Origin: Macrostomum hystrix
Taxonomy: Eukaryota; Animalia; Platyhelminthes
Reading direction: 5' to 3'
Assembly (NCBI GenBank): GCA_950097015.1
Contig: CATNEN010000039.1
Coordinates: 5,208,001-5,272,000, forward strand
Length of the DNA: 64,000 bases
The notes beneath the pieces were generated by a model that did no database searches, had not been told where the DNA came from, and was given only the letters and a program-made list of their open reading frames with translations. Shown here piece after piece: positions 23,601 through 35,047 of this stretch (the first letter of the stretch is position 1; the number at the start of each line of letters is the position of its first letter). A program made the position numbers and the translations under genes.

Positions 23601-26600
23601 GCCATCTAGCTAGAGAGCTATCTGCAGGACCTAGAGAGCAGGAAGCAAATGCTGACCCGATACACACTTGCACAGAAGCAAAGCAGCATGTGAAAACCCA
23701 TATCAGAATCTTTATTTTCATGTTCACACAATTATCGCAAGTTTTCTTATTAAGCAAAGGTAGAGTTTTAAAGTAAAGTTAAGCAAGTCTCACAATTAGC
23801 CATTCGTTTTCATGGATTTTTCATTTAGGCTTTATGAAGAGCCAGTCGGAACGAAATTATGCAAGAAATATGGTACATAAAATCTAGCTACGTACTCAGA
23901 GCTAAAGCTGCTAAACTAGAAGCTCATACAGTGATTCGACGGAACACAAGAGCTGCAAATCTGACCCATGACGTGCTTTTCAATGCTAAAGCTAAGAACA
24001 GGCGCTCGCTGCTAATAGTTAAAAATAAGCTCTACAGAAAGCAAAAAGAATAAATATTATTTTTTTGAGAAGGTGAAGTGCTCCCTTGGCAGAGCACAGG
24101 CTTCTTACGTCGCTGGTGTCAATGTTATTCGTGCCGCTGTCTGTTTCGTTTGCTTCGTCCGAGTCCTGTACAGAGTCAGGCATAGCGAATGAAAATTGTA
24201 GTTTGCTGCTGTGCTAAATAATGAAAGGACCATTATTTATTCATGCTGGTTACATACTTTTTGGATGCCAAATAAATTTACGGAATAGATGCTAGTTGCA
24301 GAAGTCAAATTAATGGGATAAATTTAGCTTAAATTGTGTTTACTGGAATAAACTGAAATAAATTCTTGATTCACACAGGGTAGAGTAAGAGGTTAAATTT
24401 GTTAAACGAATCGGGCTCAATAATCGGGTAAATAAACGAGCTCAATATGGTCAGGTTCTGATAGGTCCAACGAGGTCATTCAAGCTAAGGCCAACTCACT
24501 GAAGCAATCATCAGCTCGTTGAGGTACCAGGCTACCCTGGGCCGCGGGAAGCCACTCAGCTTGACGAGAAACTTCGCCGGATGGCCCTCGCAGACGGTCA
24601 CCGAGTCGGGCATAATGTCAAAGTGCGGCGGAGACTGCGGCTCTACAAACTCCCGGAACTGAAACTCCTCAGGCCCGATGGGAGCTCTGAAGTGTTAGAT
24701 CGATTCGAGTGATTGCAATTGAAATTTTAAATTGAAATTCAGTCGATGGACTGGGGAAGGCTCCCACATCAATCCTAATTTCTACCCCAACTATTGCTGG
24801 TGCTCAATTTACAGCTGGATGACCTGAAGCACTAAGGAATCTAGTGTGACCCGAGGACGTCTTGTCTTGCTCAAGGACGCAAATTGTCTCCTTTGGTCTA
24901 ACAATCAAGCTCCCAAACTTGTCAAAGTCGGCTACAAGCTATTTTGGCCTAATAAAGACGATGCCTTCCTGCGAAGTCTCAACTTTTAGGCATTGTGCAG
25001 CGGGACTCACTCTCTCCACTGCCGTTCAAGCTCCTCTAGGCGCTGGAAGCCCTGAGCGCCGCCGGGTAGCTGCGAACGCGTCACAACCGCCTCGCTAGCG
25101 TGGCAGACAACGCCGACCCGGTTGCTCTCGACAGCGCCAGAACGGTTGCGCACCAGGGCCCAGTATTGGCCGGAGTCCTCAGGGTAGCAGGGGCTAATCT
25201 GCAGCCAGGCCAGGCCGCGCTCGCAGTCTGTGTGCACCCGGGAGCCCAGGGTCACCGTCTGGCCGTCTTTCAGCCACTCCATGCTCAGGTTGCCATCACG
25301 AGCTGGCTCGACCTGTGTTGTTAGAATTGAGTAGGAACTAGTGTAAATAGAGAGCTGATGTTTTAGAAATCGTTAGTCGATCTTACCAAAGGTTGTGTTA
25401 AATTCTCAATATTAATTTTCCCTCCTTACTTTCTGAGCACGCGTCAATCAGCACTGAAACCAAAATCCAAACTTCATCAGCGTGTCGAACACATGTGTCT
25501 GCATCACAGGCACATAGTCTACTCGCCTTGAACTAGGCGAAGCTTCTGGATCTTCTATGCCTATGCTCACTTGGTTGTTAATCTCGCTCATCAAGCCCTG
25601 GATATTACACGGCCAGTTGAAATTACTAACTGGTCTTTCATATTTATTGAAGAGCTAAAACTGGCGGAAAAAGTCTTTCCATTCCTATCGATAATTGCGC
25701 TTACAAAAATGGAGCCACTTTAATTAAACAAAATGATTTACTCGCTGCAACTAAATTGACGTCCAGGATGCACACCATTCACATATTTTTCGAGTACATA
25801 AAAAAACTAAAGATCTCAAAGTCATATGTTATATAATCTATCTGTTATCCAGTCATCATTTGGGGTGAGTGGCGGAGCGGTTAACGCGTTTGCCTTTCGC
25901 ACCTAAGTCCCTGAGCTCATTTCCGCGGCGAGGCCACAGTTATTTGAGGCCGTGGAGAGGCCAACCTCCAAGGTACAGTGAGACTGTACACTACCTGACG
26001 ATGAGTCGGCCTGCTTACGGTATCTGTGTGCGAGTGTGCTTCGGATTTAGCGGAATGCGTAAAATTGCCTACACACTGGTTGCGGGTCTGGTGTCACCAA
26101 ATGTGCCAGTGCCAGTACCCACAGCCCTCCTGAAATGATGATTTTTATTATTATTACTATTATTAATCCAGTCCCCAAGCTCACCTGCAGCTGCAGTCCG
26201 AGCCTTTCGCCCTCCTTCAGCTCAGGCGGCTGTGTCAGGTCCCTGACAATGACTGGTGCTGGTTGCTGCTGCTGCTGTTGCATCTCCCCGCCTGAGACTG
26301 TCTGCCTCGCCAGCTCCTCTTCAAGCTGCATCAGGCTTCGAATGCCGTGCTCCGCATTGCCCGGCAACTGCGATGACGTCACCACTCCGGTGCCGCCCGG
26401 CTGACACACCAGCTGAGCGCAGCTGGACTGTGCCTGGCCGTGCTCACTCTCGAGCACGGCGCAGTAAGTTCCGCTGTCCTCCGAGTTCACGTAGGCGAAG
26501 CGCAACCAGGCGAGGCCCAGTTCAAAGCCAGCCGTGATGCGGGAGCCGAACTGGACAAGGACGCCATCGCGAAACCAGTGCGCCTGCACCCGGTTGCCGT

Positions 26601-28815
26601 TGCCCGGGTCGACGCGCGCCGAAAAGGCAGCCGGTGCTGTCGCTTCGGGCACCTGAAGCTGCGCCGGGCTCAGCGGGGCAAGGAAGCGCGGCGGATCCGC
26701 CCGATGCTTCTCGGCGTCCATACTGAAATAGGCGATAAGCCTCGTGACAACAGAATATTGTAGGCTTTTAAATGTAGACCTGATTGTCTCGGGTAATAAA
26801 AGAAAAAACTCACGGACGAAACTCGTCTCCATATTCCTCCAGTCGTTTGAGACTCAGAACGGAACTGGCTGGAAGGGCCGATGATGTCACTACACCCGCC
26901 GATCCGAAGCAGCTAATAAAACAAAACAGATTTTAGGGATAGAATACAGACAGAATATCGACAGATTTAGGAAATAAAATGTCAGTGTCATAAGTAAAAA
27001 AAATCGGTGGGGGTGTGTGGCAGAGCAATCTAGCGTTTTTGCCTATCGAACCAAGGTACCTGGTTTCGATTCCACGGTGAGGCCACATTCATTTGGGGTG
27101 CAGCAGCGGACAGAGGGCTTGGGGGCTTGTCGCGCAATTCACGTCCTTGAGTACACTGCCTGGCGATGAGCAAGTCAAGGCAGATGTGCCCACCTGTGTG
27201 AGTTTGTGCCCTAGGGTCTAGTGTCACTAAATGATGTGTCATGGCCCACAGCCCTCCGGCTATAAGTTATTTTAATATTATTTTGAAACTTTATTTCTCA
27301 ACTCTTAATGGGTAACGCATCAATAGTTTGACACCAAATATCGCTTTAGTAGACAACAAGATTTCACCTAAGCTGAGCCGTGTTGCTCTGCGCCGAGCCA
27401 AGCTTGTTAGTTGCTAAGCAACAGTAAGCCCCGCTGTCCTCCGGATAGCAGTAGATTATTTCCAGGGCTGTGTAGCCTCTGTCATAGACGGAGCGAATGC
27501 GCGAGCCAAGCGTCACCGGGACGCCGTTCTTGTACCACTCGACTTGGATGTTCGAATCTGCTGCTGGAGTCACTCGCGTCTCAAACCGGACGCTGGAGTT
27601 CTCCGCCACCGAGGCGCTCTCGATTTGGCGCACAAACTGCGGCGCCGCTTGCGGAATTCGCTCGTCGTAATCTTGACGAGTGCTCCGAGCATTCAGACGC
27701 TCGTCCAGACGATCAATGTTGGCCACCATGGATTCCTCGGGTAGCTGTGTCTCTGTGACGACACCCTCTTCGGCCATGACGCTGAAATGATGCATTCCAG
27801 TTGCAGCTGAAGTGCTATGGGTGCCAGTAGGGGTTGGGGGTGGAGCCGGCTTCCTAGTCCAGGGACTGAACAGTCCTAGCTCCAACTGTGCAATTTCTAA
27901 TCCTTTTAGATGTGTGGGTTTCAGCTCCTGCTTGGCGTATCCTTACTAAATTGTCATCCATGAATTACAACCATCAAACTAGGGCAAATGTACAGGGCAG
28001 ATCTACATCTGAGAATTCAGCTTTGATGATGTCATAGTTAAAGAATTGGTGTCAGTTCTCTGCTTTCACTATAAATTAACCGGCGTGTGTGAAAATTTTC
28101 GCCTGAAATTGATTGAAACAATATCTAAAGCTCACGTTAGCGAGATCGGATCGCTTTGATCCATGCCTAAGTTGCTCCGCACCACGCAAGAGTACTCGCC
28201 GCTGTCCTCTGTGTACGTGTGCAGAATGTCCAGAGACACATAGCCTCTGTCGAAGGTAGTGTTGAGCCGAGAGCCTGCAGGAAAGTGTAAAGAAATGCTT
28301 GAGTAGATTCGCTTTTCATGCAACACATGAAATATTCATGCGCGAAATATGCATGAGCCTTTCAACTTTTTGACAGTGCAAATCTTCAGCATGCAAGTCT
28401 ACTTAACTTTTCTTCTTTCATACTCACTAATTTGTGAAATGCGAGATCTGTCATCTGTAAGCGTTCTCAAACTGTGCAACTAAATAGGCATGCTTCTCAC
28501 TCAAAAAACTGCATGTTGTTCAAATGCAGCAGCTACCAACTTACCTGCATTGAGCGGCAAACCGTCTTTGTACCACTCGGCCCTCATGGAGCCATCGTTG
28601 ACGGGCGCCACGCGGCAATCAATGTGTACAGCGACGCCCTCCCGAACGCTGACTGACGGTCGCGGCTGTCTGACAAATCGCGGCGTATCGCCGCCACCAG
28701 CTTGGAACTCCGCCTGCTTCTGCTTACGGTTGAAGGGCACCGAGCGGCTGAGCCCACCATTGATGTCAAACGAGTGCTGCTGCTGCTGCTGCTGCTGAAG
28801 ATGCGGAGCTTCCAT
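20642..28815 (-). CDS. Compact kettin/titin-like protein: 5 I-set Ig domains, Gln-rich repeat region and PEVKPTE repeats (about 1520 aa)
   Basis: Exons (minus) 28815-28545, 28274-28136, 27781-27368, 26912-26814, 26722-26185, 25312-25011, 24686-24500, [24165-24109], 23462-23276, 23098-22982, 22899-20642; all GT-AG, phases consistent, total 4569 nt. Ig motifs EWYKxG...DSGxYxC and kettin-type linkers VVTxSQLP...LEELE. The start codon is only apparent; upstream exons cannot be excluded. Confidence 0.85.
20755..21140 (-). repeat. Coding 21-bp tandem repeat (EPEVKPT)n, about 17 copies
   Basis: Plus-strand unit CCGGCTCTGTTGGTTTCACTT; variation is mostly synonymous in the minus-strand frame. Confidence 0.95.
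21700..22790 (-). repeat. Coding CAG-rich cryptic repeat ((M/I)(H/Q/R)PQQQQ units)
   Basis: About 1.1 kb of CTG/CAG-rich units translating to interrupted polyQ in ORF 20642..22831. Confidence 0.95.
24736..24880 (-). mobile_element. SINE-like family 2 (CORE-like) fragment in an intron
   Basis: Minus strand GTCCTTGAGCAAGACA...CATCCAGCTGTAAATTGAGCACCAGCAATAGTTGGGG...CCCCAGTCCATCGACTGAA; related pieces at 27797-27871, 30737-30782, 56325-56753 and 58368-58409. Confidence 0.55.
25862..26166 (+). mobile_element. SINE family 1, near full-length intronic copy
   Basis: GGGGTGAGTGGCGGAGCGGTTAACGCG head (A-box-like), degenerate B-box, shared body, ACAGCCCTCCTG and an (ATT)n tail. Confidence 0.85.
27009..27282 (+). 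mobile_element. SINE family 1, intronic copy
   Basis: GGGGGTGTGTGGCAGAGC head, GGTTTCGATTCC B-box, shared 3' end GGGTCTAGTGTCAC...ACAGCCCTCC and AT-rich tail. Confidence 0.8.
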
Positions 28816-29506
28816 CGCCGCGAGAGGAAACCAGCAACAATTCACAGTTTCGATGTTCGCAGCTTTTATTGTGCATTACCTGCCGAACCTGCCGAACGCC
28901 TGTTGCTTGCTTCCCATCCCAGCTAAAAGCAGGGTCTGCATGGGAGGGAGGCGGCTGTTGGCATCGATCGAATCTGCAAAGGTACGATCAGCGTAGGTGC
29001 AGTGGGCGAAGAAAGGACGAGCGAAATGTCGCTCTTTCTACGGACAGCAATACTGCGATGGTTTCATATCTTTCTTTCGTTTCCCTTTCCTCGACATATT
29101 CCACTATAGCAACGAAACGGCCCATTGCGGACCATCTGCGCAGCTAGGGGGATCGGAAAGGCCCCTAAGAGCGCTTAAGGCCCCGGCGCGTACTTTTCTT
29201 TGTCCCACATTCTGCCCTTCCCAATGAAGATTCTGACGGTGGAGTTAAAAAGGCCAGACCGGCTAGGCGCTGGTGTTCAATCGTGTGTTCTAATGGAAGC
29301 CGCGGCATCAGCTGCTTCGCGATTAACAGTCTAGAATTCGCAGAACTAAAATTCCTTGCCAAATCGATGGCCTACCATTTCCGTGAGCCTCGTTTTACTT
29401 CTAGCTCCCTTCACACACGTCCTGCGCATCCTTGCAAGCATTTGCGCATTACTTTTCGGACATACTTAAAACAGGGCCATAAAAGTTAACACCTCATTAC
29501 TAAACC

Positions 29507-29972
29507 TTGGATCATTGGATCATTGGATCATTGGATAATTGGATCATTGGATCATTGGATCATTGGATCATTGGATCATTGGATCATTAGGTCATTTGAT
29601 CATTGGATCATTGGGTCGGTCATTTGATCATTGGATCATTGGATCATTGGATCATTGGATCATTAGGTCATTTGATCATTGGATCATTGGGTCGGTCATT
29701 GGATCATTGGATCATTGGATCATTGGATCATTGGATCATTAGGTCATTTGATCATTGGGTCATTGGGTCATTGGGTCATTGGGTCATTGGGTCATTGGGT
29801 CATTGGGTCATTGGGTCATTGGGTCATTGGGTCATTGGGTCATTGGGTCATTGGGTCATTGGGTCATTGGGTCATTGGGTCATTGGGTCATTGGGTCATT
29901 GGGTCATTGGGTCATTGGGTCATTGGGTCATTGGGTCATTGGGTCATTGGGTCATTGGGTCATTGGGTCATT
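29507..29972. repeat. 8-bp tandem repeat (GGATCATT)n grading into (GGGTCATT)n
   Basis: Directly visible, about 58 units; source of the IGSLGHWV shadow ORFs. Confidence 0.97.
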
Positions 29973-30879
29973 GTGTCTGTGGTTCATTGGATTAGGAAGT
30001 GTTTCTATTGAACGGTTATTTCAAAGTCACGAATCAATTACGAACAAAGGCTGATATGCACAATGCAGTATTTCGACTAAAAATTTAGAAACCAGGTTCT
30101 TAGATTTAACAAATTCAATCAAGCGTGACTCCCGCTTCTGCGGGAGTGCTGCGGAAATTAACAATTCCTCTTCTCGGTGCTGACAAAGCGCTCATCCGGC
30201 CAGCAACTACGGGAAACTGTTGGCACGGACCCGGGAGCAGCAGTCAGGAAGGATGGGCCAGTTGACAATGCATCGGAAGGAACTGCTAAACAAACAAACT
30301 GACTCGTGTTTTGCAACAACAGCATGTTTGGGGACCTTATTATAAACGAAGATACTGTTGCGTGTGAAAGTGTTTCGGCATGCCAATGCGCACCTCCCTG
30401 TCAAGCTGTCAGATTCAATCAATCAACTGTTAGTTTGTTAGTTTCCGTGTCTAACTGAGTTCGCTCCTGCTTTCTACCTATGTTTTTATATGTTTTCCAC
30501 TTTTGTTGCTAATATATTCTAGTCAGCATCAATTATCTAATTTGATTGGCTTTGTATCAATGAGGTTTAAACTTTTGCATATAGTCCCATAGGTGAGTAC
30601 TCTTGTACAAAGTAGTTATCTAAGAACTTGGTTTCTCAGTAAGTTCTTGAAATGACTCTCGAAACTATTGTGTCTTTGAACACTAGAGAGCATTTTCCGT
30701 TGCTTCTGTAAAATTGATAAAAAAAATTTTTAGGATGGAGACATTTTTGTGCATTTTGAGGTCCCCAGTCCATGGACTGAACTGGACTGTACACAAAATT
30801 TGAACGCCCCGCCAGTAGACTGCAGATCCACTTGCTGTGCATCTTACTCAACCATCTACCCAACGGCTATTTCTGTTAT

Positions 30880-31188
30880 GGTCCCTGAGCTCGATTCCGC
30901 GGCGAGGCCACATTAAATTGGGGCGCAGCCGCAGAGAGAAGGCTTGTCGTGAAATTTACGCCGCTGAGGGCCAACCTTCAATGCACAGAGAGTGTACAGT
31001 GCCTGATGATGAGAAAGTCGGGGCAGATGTACACACCTGTGTGAGCGTGTGCCTGTGTACGGTATCTGTGTGTGTGCGTGTGTACTCATGAGTCACGAAA
31101 TGGGAAAATTGCTTCCTCGCTGGCTGCGGGTCTAGTGTCACCAAATGATGTGCCATTGCCCGCAGCCCTCCTGCAAAATAATAAAAAA
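30880..31188 (+). mobile_element. SINE family 1, 5'-truncated copy
   Basis: Begins at CTGAGCTCGATTCCGCGGCGAGGCCACA (B-box region) and has the complete body and an A-rich tail. Confidence 0.85.
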
Positions 31189-31408
31189 GCGAAGAAGAAT
31201 GCGAAATAAATAATATTTGAAGAACAGGTGAGCAGTGCTTGAGTTCTCCTTGATGGGAGCCTGAGCCCACTACTTGATTGGCGTTACCAACGACCGACCA
31301 ATCCGTCGCTACCGTCGGTCGGTCGCTTCCTGGTTGCCATGCAGCGACTTCCCCCGAATCCCGTGAGATCGTGTGTGGTTGGGCGGCGCTGTTCTCACAC
31401 GGGGGGGG

Positions 31409-31416
31409 GATAAAAG
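31409..31416 (+). promoter_or_regulatory. Candidate TATA-like element upstream of the neuropeptide gene
   Basis: GATAAAAG in GC-rich context, upstream of a putative non-coding first exon (donor gtgagt at 31471, acceptor ttttcctttcag ending 31527). Confidence 0.3.
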
Positions 31417-31553
31417 CGTCTCGCTCGATCGCCTCGCTACCCGCCAGTGTCCACTTATAGCCGTTAGAAAGTGAGTGAAGGCTTAACTAATCGCTCAGCA
31501 TTACTAATTGACGCGTTTTCCTTTCAGTCTAAAAGCCAGTCAAGAAACCAGCC

Positions 31554-32077
31554 ATGAAAGCCGCCGCACTGATTGTTCTAGCCTCTGCCGCGCTTCTCGT
31601 CTGCGTTCAGTTGGCAGGTTCGTTTTTGGTTTCTGTTTTACAATGACCCCTCTTTCTATTCCGAAGACAACAGCGCATTGTTACCTGACCGCCAATTTTG
31701 CAGACGCCTCGCTGACTGACGAAGGTCCCAGCAGCCACCAGCTGTTTCGCTTCAAGAAGGGATTCCACTTCTTCCGGCTGCGCAAGTCCACAGGCAGCGA
31801 CGGCTGCATGATTAACGAGAACGCCCTAGTGGGAATGGAGGTGGTCATTGTGAGCGGCGCTCCTGTCGTGTTGTGGGGGATTGATGAATGGTGCCGAAAC
31901 AGTCTGAAAATTGGCCCGAAATGGACAGCTCATCTATTTGACTTGAAAAGCTGCATGATATTTGAATAAAACATGAGCTCAAATGTTCTTCATTTCCAGA
32001 AGGCGGCCCAGGCAGGAAAACTGTGCGAGCAGGACAAGCGGCTGCTGCGGCTTTTCGTCGCCAACCTGATGCTGTGA
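31554..32077 (+). CDS. Neuropeptide precursor (flatworm xHFFRL-type prohormone), about 95 aa
   Basis: Exons 31554-31617, 31704-31849 (alternative donor after 31840), 32000-32077: MKAAALIVLASAALLVCVQLADASLTDEGPSSHQLFRF-KK-GFHFFRL-RK-STGSDGCMINENALVGMEVVIKAAQAGKLCEQD-KR-LLRLFVANLML. Signal peptide, dibasic sites and two C-terminal Cys. Confidence 0.82.
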
Positions 32078-35047
32078 GGCGGGGCAGCCCAGCAGCTCAA
32101 TCACCGCTCGCGACCACCGAACAAACAATCCGTTTTGTTTTATTTCCCGACAACCAGTTGGCTAAATATGAAAAACTCTGGCTAATAGTCTGCGCACGCT
32201 ACCCCGATCGATAACTGTTCGATTACCTCTAGAGCTTTTTGTTCAAAGACGTGGAATAACATCGTCTCGATTGCATTGAGAAACCATCCGACCTGATTCG
32301 ATCAGCAGAAAGAGAATCAGTTTTGTTTTGTTCCTTTCGAATTTCTTCTTTTCGATGTATGATTAATGCTCATGTGCTTACACGTATGCCTGTATGACGT
32401 GCATGAATGATGAGGCTCTATGATCGAGCCAGTAAACGCATAAACCTGTCAAAATCCAAAAGAAAAGACTCAAGAAACCGAAACGTAAGACAGATCGTGA
32501 AATTAAATCGTTAAATGGTAATGCGCAAAAAATTGCCGCGTCACAATCACGGCAAGACAAAGGGCTATTTCAGTGACTCGGCTAACTCATTCTTAACAAA
32601 CTACATTGAAAAGTACATTAAAAGCAAACAATGGTCAATGAAATGCAATGGCCACCCTCCGGCTGGTCAAGTTGACACAATATTTTCTAACAGTTTCAAA
32701 TATATAGCTAACTACTGTAATGTTGAAGTCACTCTCTTCTCGGCATTTTACCAAGTGTTTGTTCGCCTGTTATAAAATTCTGGAAGCATCATTCAGCGGA
32801 CCTTTATAAAAGCGAGAAAAATAATCTGCACCAGATTCGAGAGTAAACGAAGTCCTATAGTTAAAAGGAAACTCAATATTTGAGACTCTGGTAGTAAAGA
32901 TGTTTTAAGAAGACCGACTTTTTCTTTCGCTATTGTGCTATTTATTGCAGCCAGTGATAGAAAAAGTTAGCTTCATGGATTAATGATGCATGGCAACGTG
33001 AAATACTTGTAATTTCTAGCTCTTATGTGAATTTTCACTCCATGCATGATCAACTAACGATTTTTTATTGCAAAAAGTTGTAATGTTAAGCTGAAACTGC
33101 TTTAAGCACTTGCTTGTAATGCCCTTGTTCATTAAAAAAGATCTATTTCTTCCATTACTTGCTACTCGAGTAGTAGTAACCATTGCGGTGGACTTGCGGT
33201 ATCATTGCGAAAAGACCTAATTAACCCTGTGTACCTAAACTTAGCGCAGCAAGTTGCAAGTAAGCAAGTAACATAGCCAAGATATAACTGTCATAAGGTA
33301 CTGACATTGAGGCGCCAGTATGCTTCTGTGGCAATCAATAGTTAGTGTAAAAATCTGCTAGAACTTTTAAGTTCATAACAGTGGCTATTGAACTTTGATC
33401 TTTGATAAAAATAATTTCATTAGTTCTGTAGTTTTCATTTTTTTAGGTAACGCACGCATCTAAAGATAGAAAAGAGTCATATTTATAAGCACTAAAACTG
33501 CCATGTATGGAGTAAAAATATTTATAGAATTTGGCTTTGTTTTAATACTTCATATTTGTCGTGTAGAATAGTCAAACTTACAACTTTCCTAGAAGTCACC
33601 TCTTTTCTGTGGAAAAACAAAAGAATGCTGTTAAAATATAAATTTGTATCTTGGGATATATTTTATTCCTTTTCCTTATAGCTCACCTATGCATTTGTTT
33701 ACTGATGATAAGGAATTTAGTAAAGCTTTTGCTTCGATTGGAGCAAATCCGAAGTGCTATGTTTTAGGAACAGAATAGTCAACCAATACTTTTAATTTTT
33801 ATAGCAGCCAAGGAAATTAAGAAATTTGTTGTTGTACCAACGAAAAAAACATGTTAATCTTTCTTTTCTTTTGATTATTCTACATTCTGTTATTCAGATG
33901 TTGCCAGGATTTTTCATACAGAAAATATTCGTTTTAAACAAACAAATTTATGTATTTCTAATTCTTATATTCAAGGCTACTCAGGTGACCAGGTCAGGCA
34001 ATGTCATATGTCGACATAGAAGCACATTAGCAAAGACAAACATGTTGTGTCTATGTTAATTGTGCTACTACTAAACTTGTAATATTAGAAAGATAAAACA
34101 TCTTGTCAAGTGTTTTGTTTATTTTTATTGTTCCTTTTTACTTCTCATTTCTAAAGTGCTTATAACTATGAAACTTATAGTTTTAGATCAACATAGCTAT
34201 AATCACTAAATAAGTGCATATATTGTGCCTTAAGCTATAAATACTGTATCGCTGTAAAATGAATTACAATGCAGACTAGCTAAGTCTAAAATCTTTATTT
34301 TTTACAGTAATTAATTTAAATCATCATTTTATAGCTTATTATTTCATCAGAAATTTATTATGCTTTTTGTACAGCAATAAGTAGCTTTTAAATTTCATTT
34401 ACTTATTGCTTCTTTTTTAGATTCAATTAAGCATTTTTAAATTAACATTTTAATTGAGCTAAAATTTATTGGAATCTTACTATGATTTAGAGGTCCAGCA
34501 AATTATTTTGGTAATAATATATCTTGGTACATTTAAATCTTCTTCATGCATTTATAGCTTTGAACTACTGAGCCAAAGACATGGGCCAAGCTCTTGAATG
34601 CCAAACAAAGCAAAATAATGAATTGTTCATTCATGAACATGCACAGGCATGACATATACATATATTCAAAATAAATTACTTCAAAGGAAACTATGAATTG
34701 TATAAATGGTTTCACGCTTATAATTTATTGAATTCATTATAATTAATTTCTAATAATTTATTTTCTTATGTTAAGCTTTGATATTATCATCATTTGTTTA
34801 GCTTTTTGAAGCAAGCTACTACTCATATAATTTATACTGTTACCATTTTATCCAATTTAATATCTAATCTGTTTTGCATGATGAAGTGAGCTATCTGTCT
34901 TGTTTTTAGATCTACTCATATACTATATGTATTGTTATGTATGATGTGATTTATCTTCAATATAAAAGTTAGTATTTTAACTTTTCTTGACTTTGTTATC
35001 AAACAAAATTGATTATAAAATGTTTTTTTATTCCAGCAAGCATATAA

